Positions 46,810-59,311 of a stretch of 64,000 bases of DNA are shown here, piece after piece. The DNA lies in the NCBI GenBank assembly GCA_965112735.1, contig OZ218961.1, positions 2,356,001 to 2,420,000 of the forward strand, written 5' to 3'. The position numbers and the translations under genes were made by a program. The number at the start of each line of letters is the position of its first letter. The stretch's first letter is position 1. Source of the DNA: Phaeosaccion multiseriatum. Its lineage: Eukaryota > Protista > Ochrophyta, other classes. A model generated the notes under the pieces. That model was not told the DNA's origin. It made no database searches and saw only the letters and a list, made by a program, of their open reading frames with translations.

Positions 46810-49786
46810 CTCACACACACACATACACACACACTCTCTCTCTCTGTGTGTCTGCTTGTTAGCGTGTTTGTTCCTTTCCTTTATCCTTCGTGCTTTAGTT
46901 TGTTTCTCTCCTTTGTTCTTTGTGTTTGAAGTCTTTTGTTCCATTCTTCTTTCGTCGAGACCTCCGACCGCCCCATTTCACCACCCGTACCGATCAACCC
47001 TCCTCATCACCCTTCCTGACCACCCATACTATTATATTACTACTTTTTATTACATATTATATACTTATGTTGTGTTTACACCCCACCCCACCCCTCCCTT
47101 AGGCCTTGCGCTGATGGTGACGTCCTTCGTGCTGTCTCTGATTGAGTCCACAAGAGAGGTCAACATGAAGCTAAAGGTGCTCTATCGGCTGTTCCCCGGG
47201 TGAGTGAAATAGGGGCTCAGGGGATCGGAGACGTAAGGCATTAAGATGGAGAGTAACGAAAATGCCTTTCGTATTCGAATCAACACCTGTTTTAATATAT
47301 TTGATATATATTTTCTTGCTTCATGTGGTTGTGTTGCATTCATTCTCTTCCCTCTGTATCCACCCCTCCTTCTCAGCTTCTGCCTAGGCGTTTTGATGTG
47401 TCATATATGTTGTGTTGCATTCATTCTCTTCCCCCTCCTCCCTACGCGTCCTTCTCATCTCAGCTTCTGCCTGGGCGACGGCTTGGCTCAACTCGTGACG
47501 TGTTCGGAGGGTCGGGAGTGTCCCATTATGAACGCCTCGGGCTTTGACATGCGCCATACGGTAAGTTTGTGCCCCTTACATTTGTACTCTTACGTACGTA
47601 ACCCATACGTATGTGCCCCCTATATATACACCGTACGTATATTGATAGCCCTACCTCTCACATACCTACCCCCTTACGTGTGTACCCCTTACGTACCCCT
47701 TCCGTGTGTGTGTGTCCCTTAGCAATCGCCCCTTGCCTGGCGCATCGCTGGGGCCGACATTACCTTCCTGGCCTGCGAGGTGAGAAGAGAGGCTAACACC
47801 GTACATGTACACGTGTTGTGATCACAGTGGGTGACTCACAGTTGGATGGGTGCGCTTAGCTGCTGGTCTCAATAATGAGCTAAGATGGGATGCGAATGTG
47901 TCTTCTTTTCGCGTGTGTTGCGTGTCTCTCTGTCTGGACGTGTCTCTATATCCATTCTCTTTCGTTTTTCTGCTTCTCGATACCTACACCGAGAGGTGAA
48001 TCAACTCAAAACTCAAAACTTGAAACTGAAACTCTACAAACCCCCCCTTTCTTCCTCTCCCCTCTCTTGCAGGCGGTGGTGTACTTTCTGCTCTGCCTCC
48101 TGCTGGAGTACGCCAACTCCTTTCCTCGTGTCAGAGATTGTGCAACTCAGCTATCCTCTCTCTGCAGCGCTGCACTGTACAGAGTCCGGCACTGGCACTG
48201 GCGGTCTTATCTGCATGTGGGCGGAGGTGGGTATCCGCCCCCCCCCCCAACTCCTCCTCCATTCCTCCACTCCCCGCTCTCCCTCCCTCTCTCCCTCCTT
48301 CTCTCCCTCCCTCTCTCCCTCCCTCCCTCCCTCCCTCCCTCCCTCCCTCCCTCCCTCCCTCCCTCCTTCTCTCCCTCCCTCTCTCCCTCCCTCTCTCCCT
48401 CCCTCCCTCCCTCCCTCCCTCCTCCCTCTCTCTCTCTCCCTTCCCTCCCTCCCTTCCTCCCTCCCTCCCTCCCTCCCTCCCTCCCTCCCTCCCTCCCTCC
48501 TCCCTCTCTCTCTCTCCCTTCCCTCCCTCCCTCCCTCCCTCTCGTCGCTCTCTCACCCCCCTCCCGCTCCCCCCCCCTCCCCACTTCCCCTCCCCCTTCT
48601 TCCCACAGACACCACATCCTCCTCCGCCACCCCTCCGTCTCCCCCTCCCCCCGACGACATCGACGTGCTCCGTGAAGAGTCAAGGGTCTTATCAGGGGAG
48701 TCAGCAGCAGCGAAGGATGTGGTGCGGTTGGAGAGGTTACGAAAGGTCTATCCAAATGCCTCGGTGAAAGGGGGAGGCAAGGTGGCAGTGAACGGCCTCA
48801 GCTTTGGCATCTCCAAGGGCGAGGTGAGTGGAGTGGGTGGGTGAGTGGATATAAGTGTGTGACTGAGTGGATATGTGTGTGTGTGACTGAGTGGCACGGG
48901 AAGAATGCAGCAGACGAAATATGTATTTAATATGTTTTGGATGCATCGGTTTGGTAGATAGGGGGAAGGGGGGCGGGAAGGAAGGCACAAGAGAGGAGAG
49001 AGAGAAAAGTGGAGAGTGTCCGTTCTATTTGTAACGGACAAGCACGTATCCTTGTCCCCTCCTCCCACCTTCCTCCATCTCCCTCTCCCTCTCCCTCTCC
49101 ATCTCCCTCTCCCTCTCCCTCTCCATCTCCCTCTCCCTCTCCCTCTCCCTCTCCCTCTCCCTCTCCCTCTCCCTCTCCATCTCCCTCTCCTCCTCCCTCT
49201 CCCTCTCCCTCCCTCCCGTCGTCTCCCGTGTTGCAAATTATCAAAACTATCAATCGCAGTGCTTTGGGTTCCTCGGCATCAACGGAGCGGGCAAGAGCAC
49301 CACCCTGAACATGCTCACCGGAGACGCTTGTCCGACGGCGGGACAGGCCTTTATCCTTGGACACAGCATTGTGACGGAGCAGCTCGCCATTCGCAAACAC
49401 ATCGGGTGCGTTGTATGCATGTACAATCTCTTTCTCTCTACCCTTCTCTCTCTCTCTTTCGATACCTCTGTCTCTACCCCTCTTCTCTCTTTCGATACCT
49501 CTGTCTCTACCCCTCTTCTCTCTTTCGATACCTCTGTCTCTACCCCTCTTCTCTCTTTCGATACCTCTGTCTCTACCCCTCTTCTCTCTTTCGATACCTC
49601 TGTCTCTACCCCTCTTCTCTCTTTCGATACCTCTGTCTCTACCCCTCTTCTCTCTTTCGATACCTCTGTCTCTACCCCTCTTCTCTCTTTCGATACCTCG
49701 CTCTCTACTTCTCTCTCTCTTTCTCTGTATCTCTCCTTCTTTGTCTCTCTCTTCGCAAACACATCGGGTGCGCTGCACACATGGGA

Positions 49787-49817
<31 letters not shown>

Positions 49818-50970
49818 CTCTTTCTCTCTCTCCGCTCTTTTCTCTTTCTCTACCTCTCCCTTCCTCTCTCCTGACGAATACCCCGTGATCAATCCACGAG
49901 TTTCTTCGTTATCTCACGAACTCTTTCCACTCCTCCTCAACGGATGCTTAAAACCATTGACTTGACCTCACTTCAACACTGGGAAACCATTTACTTGCAC
50001 TTCCTTCCACACCGGGGAACCATTAATTGACTGAACTCTTCCTTTTCCCACCCCTGGGAACTTCAAAGGTACTGCCCTCAGTTCGACGCTCTGCTGGACC
50101 TGCTGACCGTGGAGGAGCATCTGCAGCTCTACGCCAAGATCAAGGGGGTCAGGGACGAGGGTATCTGTGCAGTCGTGGAGAGGAAGGTGAGGAGAGGGAG
50201 AGGGGGAGGGAGGGAGAATGAGAGAGAGATAATCAGAGAGAGAGGGAGGGAGAGTGAATGGGTGACCTACCTCTTTTTGTCTTTCCAGCGCTGAATCGAG
50301 AGAGCAGAGGCACTAAGCAACACCCATCCATCATCTCTTCATCTACCTACCACTCTCCTTTACCTACCTACCCATGTACCTACCCATCTACGTATGCACC
50401 GCCATCTGTGACTCCACTCCACAGATCCTGGAGATGGACTTGTCGCCGTTCCGCCGCACCTTGGCGGGGGAGCTCAGCGGTGGAAACCGTCGTAAGCTGA
50501 GCGTCGCCATTGCCATGCTTGCAGACCCCGCCATCGCCTTCCTTGATGAGGTCAGTCAGTCAGTCAATCACTCAGTCACTGACGCACTCACTCACTTATT
50601 CGGTCACTCCCTCCCTCTTTCTCACTCACTCACTCACTCACTCACTTTCTCACTCGCTCACTGACACTCTCACTTACTTACTCACTCACTCACTCACTCA
50701 CTCACTTCACCTATCTTCCCTCACTTCCCTTCCCTCCGTCCTCTCTCCTCTCCCTCCCCTCCCCCCTCTCTCTTCTCCCCACCCTCCCTCTTCCCTCCTC
50801 CCTCCTCCCTCCTCCTCAGCCGTCCACGGGTATGGACCCTGTGGCCCGGCGCTTCATGTGGGACGTCATCGCCAAGATGAGCACCGAGGGGGGGGGCACA
50901 AGCGTCATTCTCACCACGCACTCCATGGAGGTCAGTACCTCTTGTCTGACAGTCATTCAGTCAGTCAGTA

Positions 50971-51002
<32 letters not shown>

Positions 51003-52543
51003 AGTGAGTGCCTGATGTTAGTCAGTCAGTGCCTGGTGTTAGTCAGTCAGTGCCTGGTGTCAGTCATGAAGTCAGTCAGTCAGTACTTGGTGTCAGTCAG
51101 TCAGTGCCGGGTGTCAGTCAGTCAGTACCTGGTGTCAGTCAGTCAGTACCTGGTGTCAGTCAGTCAGTTCGTACCTGGTGTCGATTAGTGTGGGGAAGGG
51201 GACTACGGGGCTCATAAACGAGGAGCAGAGTATGGACTAGACAGCATACGTCGTGTCAAAGGAATGAACTTGTATCCATTTTGCGTCCATCTACCCAACG
51301 TATGCGACACCTTCCGTCCCTCTTTCTCTTCCTCTTCCTCTTCCATGACTTACCTCAACTGACGCAGGAGGCCGAGGCTTTGAGCAGCCGTATCGGCATC
51401 ATGGTGAACGGCAAGTTGAGGTGTATAGGCTCGGCCCAGCACCTCAAACTTCGCTTCGGTCGGGGCTTTGAAGTCGATGTGAAGCTTGCCGCGGCGGATG
51501 ACGAGCACTTGGCTCCGTTGGCCAAGAGGCTCGGAGGAGGGGGGCTTCTCATGAGACAGCAGCCCGGCCAGCCTCGATGGGGAGGCATCGGTGGCAGCAG
51601 CAGCAGTGGGAGTGGGAGTGGGAGTGAAGTCACAGATGCAAATGGGAGGGGAGAAGGTGGGAAGGCGGCGACGGTCCTTCTGGACACGTTCATTCGAGGC
51701 AGTGAGTTGGAGGCCTGCTGCAGAGCGCTGGCGGAGTGGAGCGCGGCGGGAGGCGAAGGAGGAGGAGGAGGAGGAGGAGGAGGAGGAGGAGGAGGAGGAG
51801 GAGGAGGAGGAGGAGGAGGAGGAGGAGGAGGAGGGGGAGGAGGAGTGAAGCATGCCTTCGACCCGCTTCTTCTGCAGCGTCGACTCAACGCCTTGTCAGC
51901 CCCCTCTCCTCTCTCTGGGGTAGGAGGTGGAGGCAGTCAGCTCACGGATATGATGGTTGAGCTGGACGGAGAAGGGGGAGGAGAAGGAGGAGGGGGTGGT
52001 AGGTTGGAGAGGGAGGAAGGGAGAGAGAGAGAGGAGGAACGGGCCGGCACGGGGCTGATGAGGAGCAGCAGTAATGGCAGCAGTGGGAGCAGTGGGAGCA
52101 GCAGGGGTGGGACGGTGGAAGGGCGGGCGATTTCCACTCGGATGTTGTGCGAGTGGTGGCTCATGGAGGGCAGAGTAGAGCGACTTCGACGCTTTTTGGA
52201 GGGCACCTTCGCGCAAGTCACTCTATTGGAGCGATCGTCTGTATGCTCTCTTCGGTACAAAGTCGCGCAGGCATCCGCGGCAACAGCGGCAGGAGGAGGA
52301 GGGGCAGAAGGAGGAGCACCAAGTGGAGGATCTGCCGCGGGGGCACCGCTGTCGCTTGCCACCATCTTCCGCGCCTTTGAGTCGGCGAGGGAGGAGCTGC
52401 ACATCGAGAAGTACTCAGTCGGGCAGACAACGCTCGAGCAAGTGTTCAACCATCTTGCCGAGAGCGAGGACAATCCCGAGGTCAGGGCTGCCCACGAGGC
52501 AGCTGCTCTTGCAGGGGTCACTACTCCGATGGTGTCGTTGTAG
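34568..52543 (+). CDS. Full-length ABCA-subfamily transporter (TMD-NBD-TMD-NBD), about 30 exons
   Basis: N-terminal [13 protein letters not shown]; [15 protein letters not shown]; NBD1 [59 protein letters not shown]; [12 protein letters not shown]; NBD2 [41 protein letters not shown]; QTTLEQVF. Confidence 0.96.
42709..43068 (+). repeat. 56/64-bp minisatellite x6 starting in the ABCA exon end and filling the intron
   Basis: Unit GGGATGGCACTGGATGGGGTGAG...GATGGAGTGATTGAGTGTAA. Confidence 0.9.
49449..49710 (+). repeat. 33-bp minisatellite x~8 in an ABCA intron
   Basis: Unit TCTCTCTTTCGATACCTCTGTCTCTACCCCTCT. Confidence 0.92.
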
Positions 52544-53367
52544 TCGATGGTGTCGTTGTAGTCGATGGTGTCGTTGTAGTGGAAGCGCACAGGCGGGCTC
52601 TCTCGGCAGTGGGAGTATTGCTCTCGGTGGTGGGAGTAAGAGTGGTGGTAGCAGGAGTATTGCTCTCGGAGTGGTGGTGTTGGGAGTACATTGTATTGAG
52701 GATGACCAACGAGTCGCTGGCTGATGAGGGCTGTGCTTTCATCGACGCCGCTGCGGCTCAGCCCTGTAGGAGAAGAAACGGGGCGACACTATGTGCAAAG
52801 TGTATAGTTATTTTTATTTTATAATTGAATTAAGATTGAAGGACTTTCGGAGGAGCGCCAGGTCGCCATACTCCTTCTATATATAACATATAATATAATA
52901 ATACGAAGTATAATATATGTGTATATTATATATATATTATATATAGATGAATAGTATAGTTCTATCCGTCCTACATGCTCTGTCCTATTATCTTCTTGGT
53001 GCTCCTCTCGAAAGCCCACAAACTACTCGAGACTCGTCAGGGATTGCGTCTGTGCCCGAAGCATCGCTCGAGAGAAGAGGAGGGTTGAGTCAGTGTCCTC
53101 TCCCCCTCCAACGGGAGCAGCTCACTACAGCTTCACTACAGCTTCACTACAGAGCAGACGGCATCACTACCCTCGTAATGACCACTCGTTGCTAATATAA
53201 GTATGATATATGTATATATAAAGAGCGTCAATTCACTCCTTCTACAGCTCAAGCTCGAAGCCCAGGGAAGGCCGTCCCCCCAAAGGCCCATCCACCGTCC
53301 ACAATAAAGTCCTCGCCGCGCACAGCGCTCAGGATGGCATCGCGCCGCTTCACGGGCTTCTTTTCCG

Positions 53368-53500
53368 TCGCTGTGGAGCTTCACGCTCTGTGCTCGCTGT
53401 GGAGTATCAGGCTCTGTGCTCGCTGTGGAGCTTCACGCTCTGTGCTCGCTGTGGAGCTTCACGCTCTGTGTTCGCTGTGGAGCATCAGTGACGCTCTCTG
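53368..53500 (+). repeat. 26-bp tandem repeat x~5
   Basis: Unit TCGCTGTGGAGCTTCACGCTCTGTGC. Confidence 0.85.
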
Positions 53501-53839
53501 TGTGTCTCTCCGAGCACTCCGCTCCACTCCTCCATACCTCCCGTCTTTGGGGGAGAGCATGATGATGATGATGGTGGCGTCCACCACGTGGGCGTGGGCA
53601 GCGTTCGACCTCCTGGCGGTCGTCGAGCTGGAAGGCGTAGGTAGCTGTGGTGATGTTCAGCGGTCGTCGAGCTGGAAGGCGTAGGTAGCTGTGGTGATGT
53701 TCACGGAGGCCTCCCTCAGCGCCTTCGTTGTCGGAGGAGTCGAAGAGAGAGGTCTCGCTGAGAACGCTTTCTCTCGGCAATCCACGCCTTGCTCTGCTCG
53801 CCATCCTCCATCGTGGGGAGGCGAGGCTCCAGCACCTCC

Positions 53840-53995
53840 AGAGCATCGATGTAGAGCATCGATTTAGAGCATCGATGTAGAGCATCGATGTAGAGCATCG
53901 ATTTAGAGCATCGATGTAGAGCATCGATGTAGAGCATCGATTTAGAGCATCGATTTAGAGCATCGATCTAGAGATTCGATTTAGAGCATCGATTT
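53840..53995 (+). repeat. 13-bp tandem repeat x12 with palindromic ATCGAT core
   Basis: Unit AGAGCATCGAT(G/T)T. Confidence 0.92.
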
Positions 53996-54844
53996 CGCTG
54001 GTGGAGGTCGAATTTTCGTTGTGGAGCTGACGACGCTGCGCAATGTCAAAAGAAGCGTCTCCTCGTCATCCTTCAGAAGGTACACCAGGGGGGCACCGCC
54101 GGGGGGAGCAGAGCGAGGGAGGGGGGGGGAGAGGGGTTAGTACATAGTAGGTAAGCAGCGAGAGGGAAGAGGGGCCAAGAGGAGGAGAGCAGGGAGGGGG
54201 GGCAGGGGTCAGTTCCCCTTCTCTCTCTCTCTCTCTCTCTCTGTCTGTATCGAAAGCATCCAATCCTGCCCACCTCAGCTTCGCTTCTGTCCCTGCCTAT
54301 TCATACATACCCGGAGAGGCAAAACCAACCGCGTCCAGAGCATACCTCCCCCTCACCCCTCCCGAGAAGCCGCCTGGCTGCTGTGCTCCCTGCATGCTGG
54401 ACCGTTTCAAAGAAAGAGCGCTTCCGGAGGAGATGGTGGGGGGCGAGATGTGGGCCTCTCTCTCAGCCTCTCTCCGTCTGGGCCGTCCTGTAGTCCCTCA
54501 GTTGGCCCGCAAAGCAGAGCTCAGCAGGTGGTGAGGGTTGGTTCCTTTTCGCTCGTAAGGGTTCCCTTTTGTTCGTAAGGGCTCCCTTTCGTTCGCAAGG
54601 GTTCCCTTTCGTTCCTTTGCCATCGACTGCGTTCACTCCTGTTCGCTCTCTCTCCCCCCCCCCATCTCTCTCTATCGCTGTGTGTGTGTGTGCATGTGCG
54701 TGTGCTCACCAGGGTTCCGGATTCTCTTTGTACAAAAGTCTCCCCTCAGAGGATTGATCGCGGATCGATCGCAGCAACGGCAACAGTACAAGCACAAGTC
54801 ACTTTCACGAGTCCAGTCAGTCGTTTTCAGTCCGTCGTTTCCAG

Positions 54845-55856
54845 TCAGTCCTTTCCTCCCTCCTGGCAGTGTTCCCTCACGTACTCATCAATGATGGCCT
54901 CCACCGTCAGCGGATCGACCGTTACAGATCCACCAAGGGGGCACATGGCGCCCTCCACCGCACAAGGCATAGCCCGCACCACTTGGGTGGTCTCGTCAGA
55001 GGGTTCGAACGACACCTTACCGGGTCGTCGCCCGAGAGAAGTCGCTGCTGCCGTGCTAGCCTTAGGGAGGCAGAGTGAGTGGTTGCGAATGGAAGGCAAG
55101 TATCGTGATGAGGTAAGCAAGCAAGCCACGAGCAACAAAAAGAGTTAGTGTCAGGTAGGTAAGTATCAGGAAGGGACCAAAGTTCCGGCAGTTCCGCGAC
55201 AAGGGTGGGTGGTGGAAGCGAAGGTGAAGCGAACGAGCCTCCGGGCAGAGCCCCATCCCATCCCGCCCCCGCACCCCCCAAAATGCGCCATCAAGTCTTT
55301 CTTCTTCCCCTCAGCTCCTCCGGGCAGGAAGGATGCTCCTCTCCTCCTCCCATCTCTATTGCCCTCACACACTACATACGTAATTGTTAGGTTGAGTCCT
55401 GTAAGCCAATAATAAACCCCGAACACGTCGTCTCTCACACAATCACACTCCAACGGCCCCGCCCCCCTCCACCTCCAGCCAAAGACCACAGAAGAAAGAG
55501 AGGGGAAAAGGACCGGACCGGACCGGAGGACACACCCAAACAAGAACGCTGAAACTGAAAAAAAACAACTTCCACGAGCAATTCTCCCACGCACAAACAC
55601 GAACACGCACGCACCCACGCACCTTCAGCAGCTCTCCCAACGTAACGGACAAGGCGGGGAGGTTGAAAGGCTGCCTCCCCTTGAGCTGCCCCCCCCCAAT
55701 CCCACCAACAGGGCGCTCGTGCACATCGAGCAGGCCCTGTACGGCAGCGCCCACGCTGGTGACGGGGTGGTGCAGGCTGGCGGGGACGGGAGAGACAAAG
55801 TCCTGCTGCCCGTTCAGTACGGCCTTGGGTAGAGAGCTGTGTGTGTAGGAGTTTGC

Positions 55857-55907
<51 letters not shown>

Positions 55908-57244
55908 CATTGGTTGCGAAGGATGAGAAGCAGCGCAGGAGGAAGTGCGTCAGCGCACAATACCCTTTGAGCATGTACCACAAGGCAGAGGAGAAGACGG
56001 TTGCACACACATACAGAGAGACGCAACACACAGGCACACGCACACACACACACACTTGCGGACCTGTAGACGCCGGTGGCAGCGGGGTTTGGAGGGCCTG
56101 GCCTCACGATAACGGTTGGAAGCCTCACTGTTCGCCCGTCAATGAAGCCTCGGCGGGTGTAGTCAGCGAGGAGAAGCTCGGCACACGCCTTAGTGGCACC
56201 GTAGGTCGTTCTGGGGGGATGAGGGGGGAAGCCAAGTGGGGAGGGTCACCAGGGAATCAGCAGTCTGGCAGCAGTCTGTCAGCAGTCTATCAGCAGTCTA
56301 TCAGCAGTTTGGGAAATGGAAAGTACTATACCGGTACTCATACAGCAAGGCCTCTCTCTTCTAGGATCTGATGGAGATTGAGAAGAATGTACGCACGTGG
56401 GCAGTAGCGAAGAGGTGGGCCCAACAACCTGCTGCCCGCCGTACACAGCGATGGAAGACGAGAAGACAACCCGAGGTGGAACGGCTCCTCCTCGCCCCCC
56501 CCCGCCGCTTGCTCCTCCTCCTCCTCCCCCTGCAGGGAGGAACTGTGCCTGACTGTGGAGATCGCGGCACGCCTGAAGGAGGTGGCGTGTGCCGTCCAAG
56601 TTGACTCTGATGGCCTTGTCCATATCACGCTCGCCCTCTCCGCTCATGACCGAGGCTGACGGTTACGGTTGGCGTGTGCAGTGCGCAAGAAGATAGGGGG
56701 GGGGGGGGGTGAGTCTGTAAGGATACTTCGACCGCTTCCTGTCATCCTTCAGTCTTTCTACAAAATGTTTGTACTTCGAAGTACAATGTGTGTTGTTACT
56801 TTGTTATAAACGAGGGAAAAGCACGATTGTGGAGAATGGAAGCAGTATCTATAGAGCAAGTCCTCTCCGTACTGGTAGCAACAGATGACACTTGAAGGTG
56901 CCTCGATATAAAATACTCCCCTTACCGAGGTGGAAGATGCTCGTGGGCTGGAAGTCAGCCACAACGGAAGCGAGGGTTGCGCCGTCTTCGACCCCGCCTC
57001 GAACCACGCTCACTCCGTGCAGCATGGCAACTGGAGGGAGAGGGCGAGGCGCTGCCGTTGCTGCAGACGCCGCAGAGGCCGTGGCAGTGGAGGCGTCGAA
57101 CAGGATGATCTCAGGGTGGGGGAGAGCGAGGCCTGCTCCTGCCTCCAAGGCGGCCTGCTGCCGGAGCTCAAACTGCCTCAGCAGGGCCCGGCACATCCGC
57201 TGCCCCAGGAATCCCAGCCCTCCTGTGATCAATACTCGTGACAT
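54845..57244 (-). CDS. NAD-dependent epimerase/dehydratase (extended SDR), D-erythronate dehydrogenase (DenD)-like; multi-exon
   Basis: RVLITGGLGFLG; IFHL-ASVMSGEGERDMDKAIRVNLDGTRHLL; VVFSSSIAVYG; TYGATKACAELLLADYTRRGFIDGRTVRLPTVIVRPGPPNPAA (YxxxK); FNLPALSVTLGELL. Confidence 0.85.
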
Positions 57245-57475
57245 GATGTGCGGGGGGCGTGCGTTTCAAGGGGAAAAAAAAGAGAAGAGCCTCTCGTCAC
57301 TATCTGTGAATCCTAAATCACCAACACGCAATCTTGAATCTTGTTGGCCGGCGGCGATAGATCGGCGGCAAATCCATCGGACTCGGCCGCTGGAGCGCAC
57401 AAGGAGGGTCCGGGTAACTATCCTTTGTATGACCTCATTTGCTTGTTGGATGTTGCACTGTGGTGGGTCGTAAGC
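57245..57475. promoter_or_regulatory. Putative bidirectional promoter between the SDR and LSM11-like genes
   Basis: Divergent ATGs at 57244 (-) and 57476 (+), about 230 bp apart. Confidence 0.45.
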
Positions 57476-59274
57476 ATGGAGGAGGGGAGGACGACACTGT
57501 GGTCCCGCGTGGTTGTGTTCTACGCAAGGTACCAGCCCACCAACCTCCTTGCTTCTACTATTCGCGAGATTGTGAGCAAGTATGGCGTAGACGAGAAGAA
57601 GATCAAGGGTCTTTCGGGGAAACTCCGCAAGAAGTACGGCCAGCCCTTGCCGGCCAGTGTCACCTCGACAGAGCTTGCGACAGCATGCGAGGCGCACGGG
57701 CTTGATGACGAGGAGGCCCACCTTTTCCCAGCGCAGCACCCTTCTCCTCCCCCACCTTCTCTAGGGGTTGGCCGCGGTGCGAGTGCGAGTGACAATCGAG
57801 TTTTGGACAGAGATGCAAAGTGTGCGGAGAGGCAGCTTCGGGAAGAGGAGGAGAAGGATGGTGGCCAGCAACGACCGCGGGGCAGAGAATGCGTAGACAA
57901 GGCGGGGGCTGAGTGGTGCAAATTTGATTCTCCTCACTTCGACCCCCTGCGCTGCCTTCGAGCAGGGCGGCGGCACGAGCCACACACACCTGGCGAGGGT
58001 GATGGAGGGAGGAGCTCCTCTCCAGTGGACGAGGAGGAGGTGTTCCCTCCGGTGCCCCACGTCCGTGCCCTAGACTATCTCGGCAAGTGCCGGCCCCTCA
58101 TCCCCATGAGGAAGGATGAAGAGCCGGCTGTGGTGAGCAAGGAAGAGGCGGAGCAGCGCCAGCAGCGGCAGATAGAGGAGCAGGAGAGGGAGAGGAGTAA
58201 GAAGGAGAGCCTAAGCCTGCGTGGCCCGGGCTCGAGGGCGTCGAAGGGAAGCAGTAGTACTAGTAGTAGAAGCAGCATTAGCAGTGCTGCAGACTCAAAG
58301 AGCGCCGCGGATGGCCTGAAGACCACCATCAACACCACCACCACCACCACCAGCGCCAAGGCTGCTGCTGCGGCTGTGGCGAATAGTGCTCCAGTCGCAG
58401 AAGGCGGGGCGACAAAGGCGGACCGAAACCCCATCACGCGCATCGCTAACCATGTGGGGGCGGTGGGCCCGCTGAAGCTGCTGCTGCGATGCCTCAAGGA
58501 GAAGAGGCGGGTGTCGGTCATGATCAGAAGGATCAACAGGTGAGCAGTGAGTGGGCAGCGAACAGTGCCTGGGCGGTGGTAAACGAGCAATGAGCAAGGA
58601 GTAGTGGGCAAGGAATAGCGAGCAACATGGGATATGTGGGGTAGTGCCAGGCAGTCGAGGGAGACACTATATGTATGCGTGCGTGTATATGTGCGTGTGT
58701 GTATGTGTGTGTGCGTGTGTGTGTGCGTGTGTGTGTGCGTGTGTGTGTATGTGTGTATGTGCGTGTGTGTGTGCGCGTGCTATGAGTGCGGTGTTCGACT
58801 TACCATGACGCTATTTTACGGGTAGATGGACTGGGGAGGGAACAGAAAGGAAGCGCAGAAGGAGAGAGGAGCGTTTGCCTCCCCCCTTCCCCCCCCCCCC
58901 CCGCCCCGCTCAGTCACCACCGCCACCCAACCCCACCCTAATCCTGCGATTACTTTGCCTGCCCTTTTAAGTCACGTCTCCCTCATTTGTCCCCTCTTTT
59001 CTCTTCTTCTTCCTCTTCTTCTTCTCTCTTATGTGCGGTGGTGACTTGTGTGTTTTAATGTTATATAATGCCTTTGCTAAAGTATCCGAGGGGTTTGCAC
59101 TGGGTTGCTCGTTGCCTTCGATCACCACGTGAATGTCGTGCTCGCCGACGCGACAGAGAGCTATACCGTCTACGTGCCGCAGTGTGTGGCAGACATGGCA
59201 CAGGCAAGGGCAAGGGGGGGGGCGAGGAGGGGGGGAGGAGGAGGAGGAGGAAACGCAAGGCGACCCCAGCAGCA

Positions 59275-59311
<37 letters not shown>

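Noticed and set aside
53368-53995. CRISPR-like array
   Set aside because: The repeats are contiguous with no unique spacers, there are no cas genes, and the context is eukaryotic.
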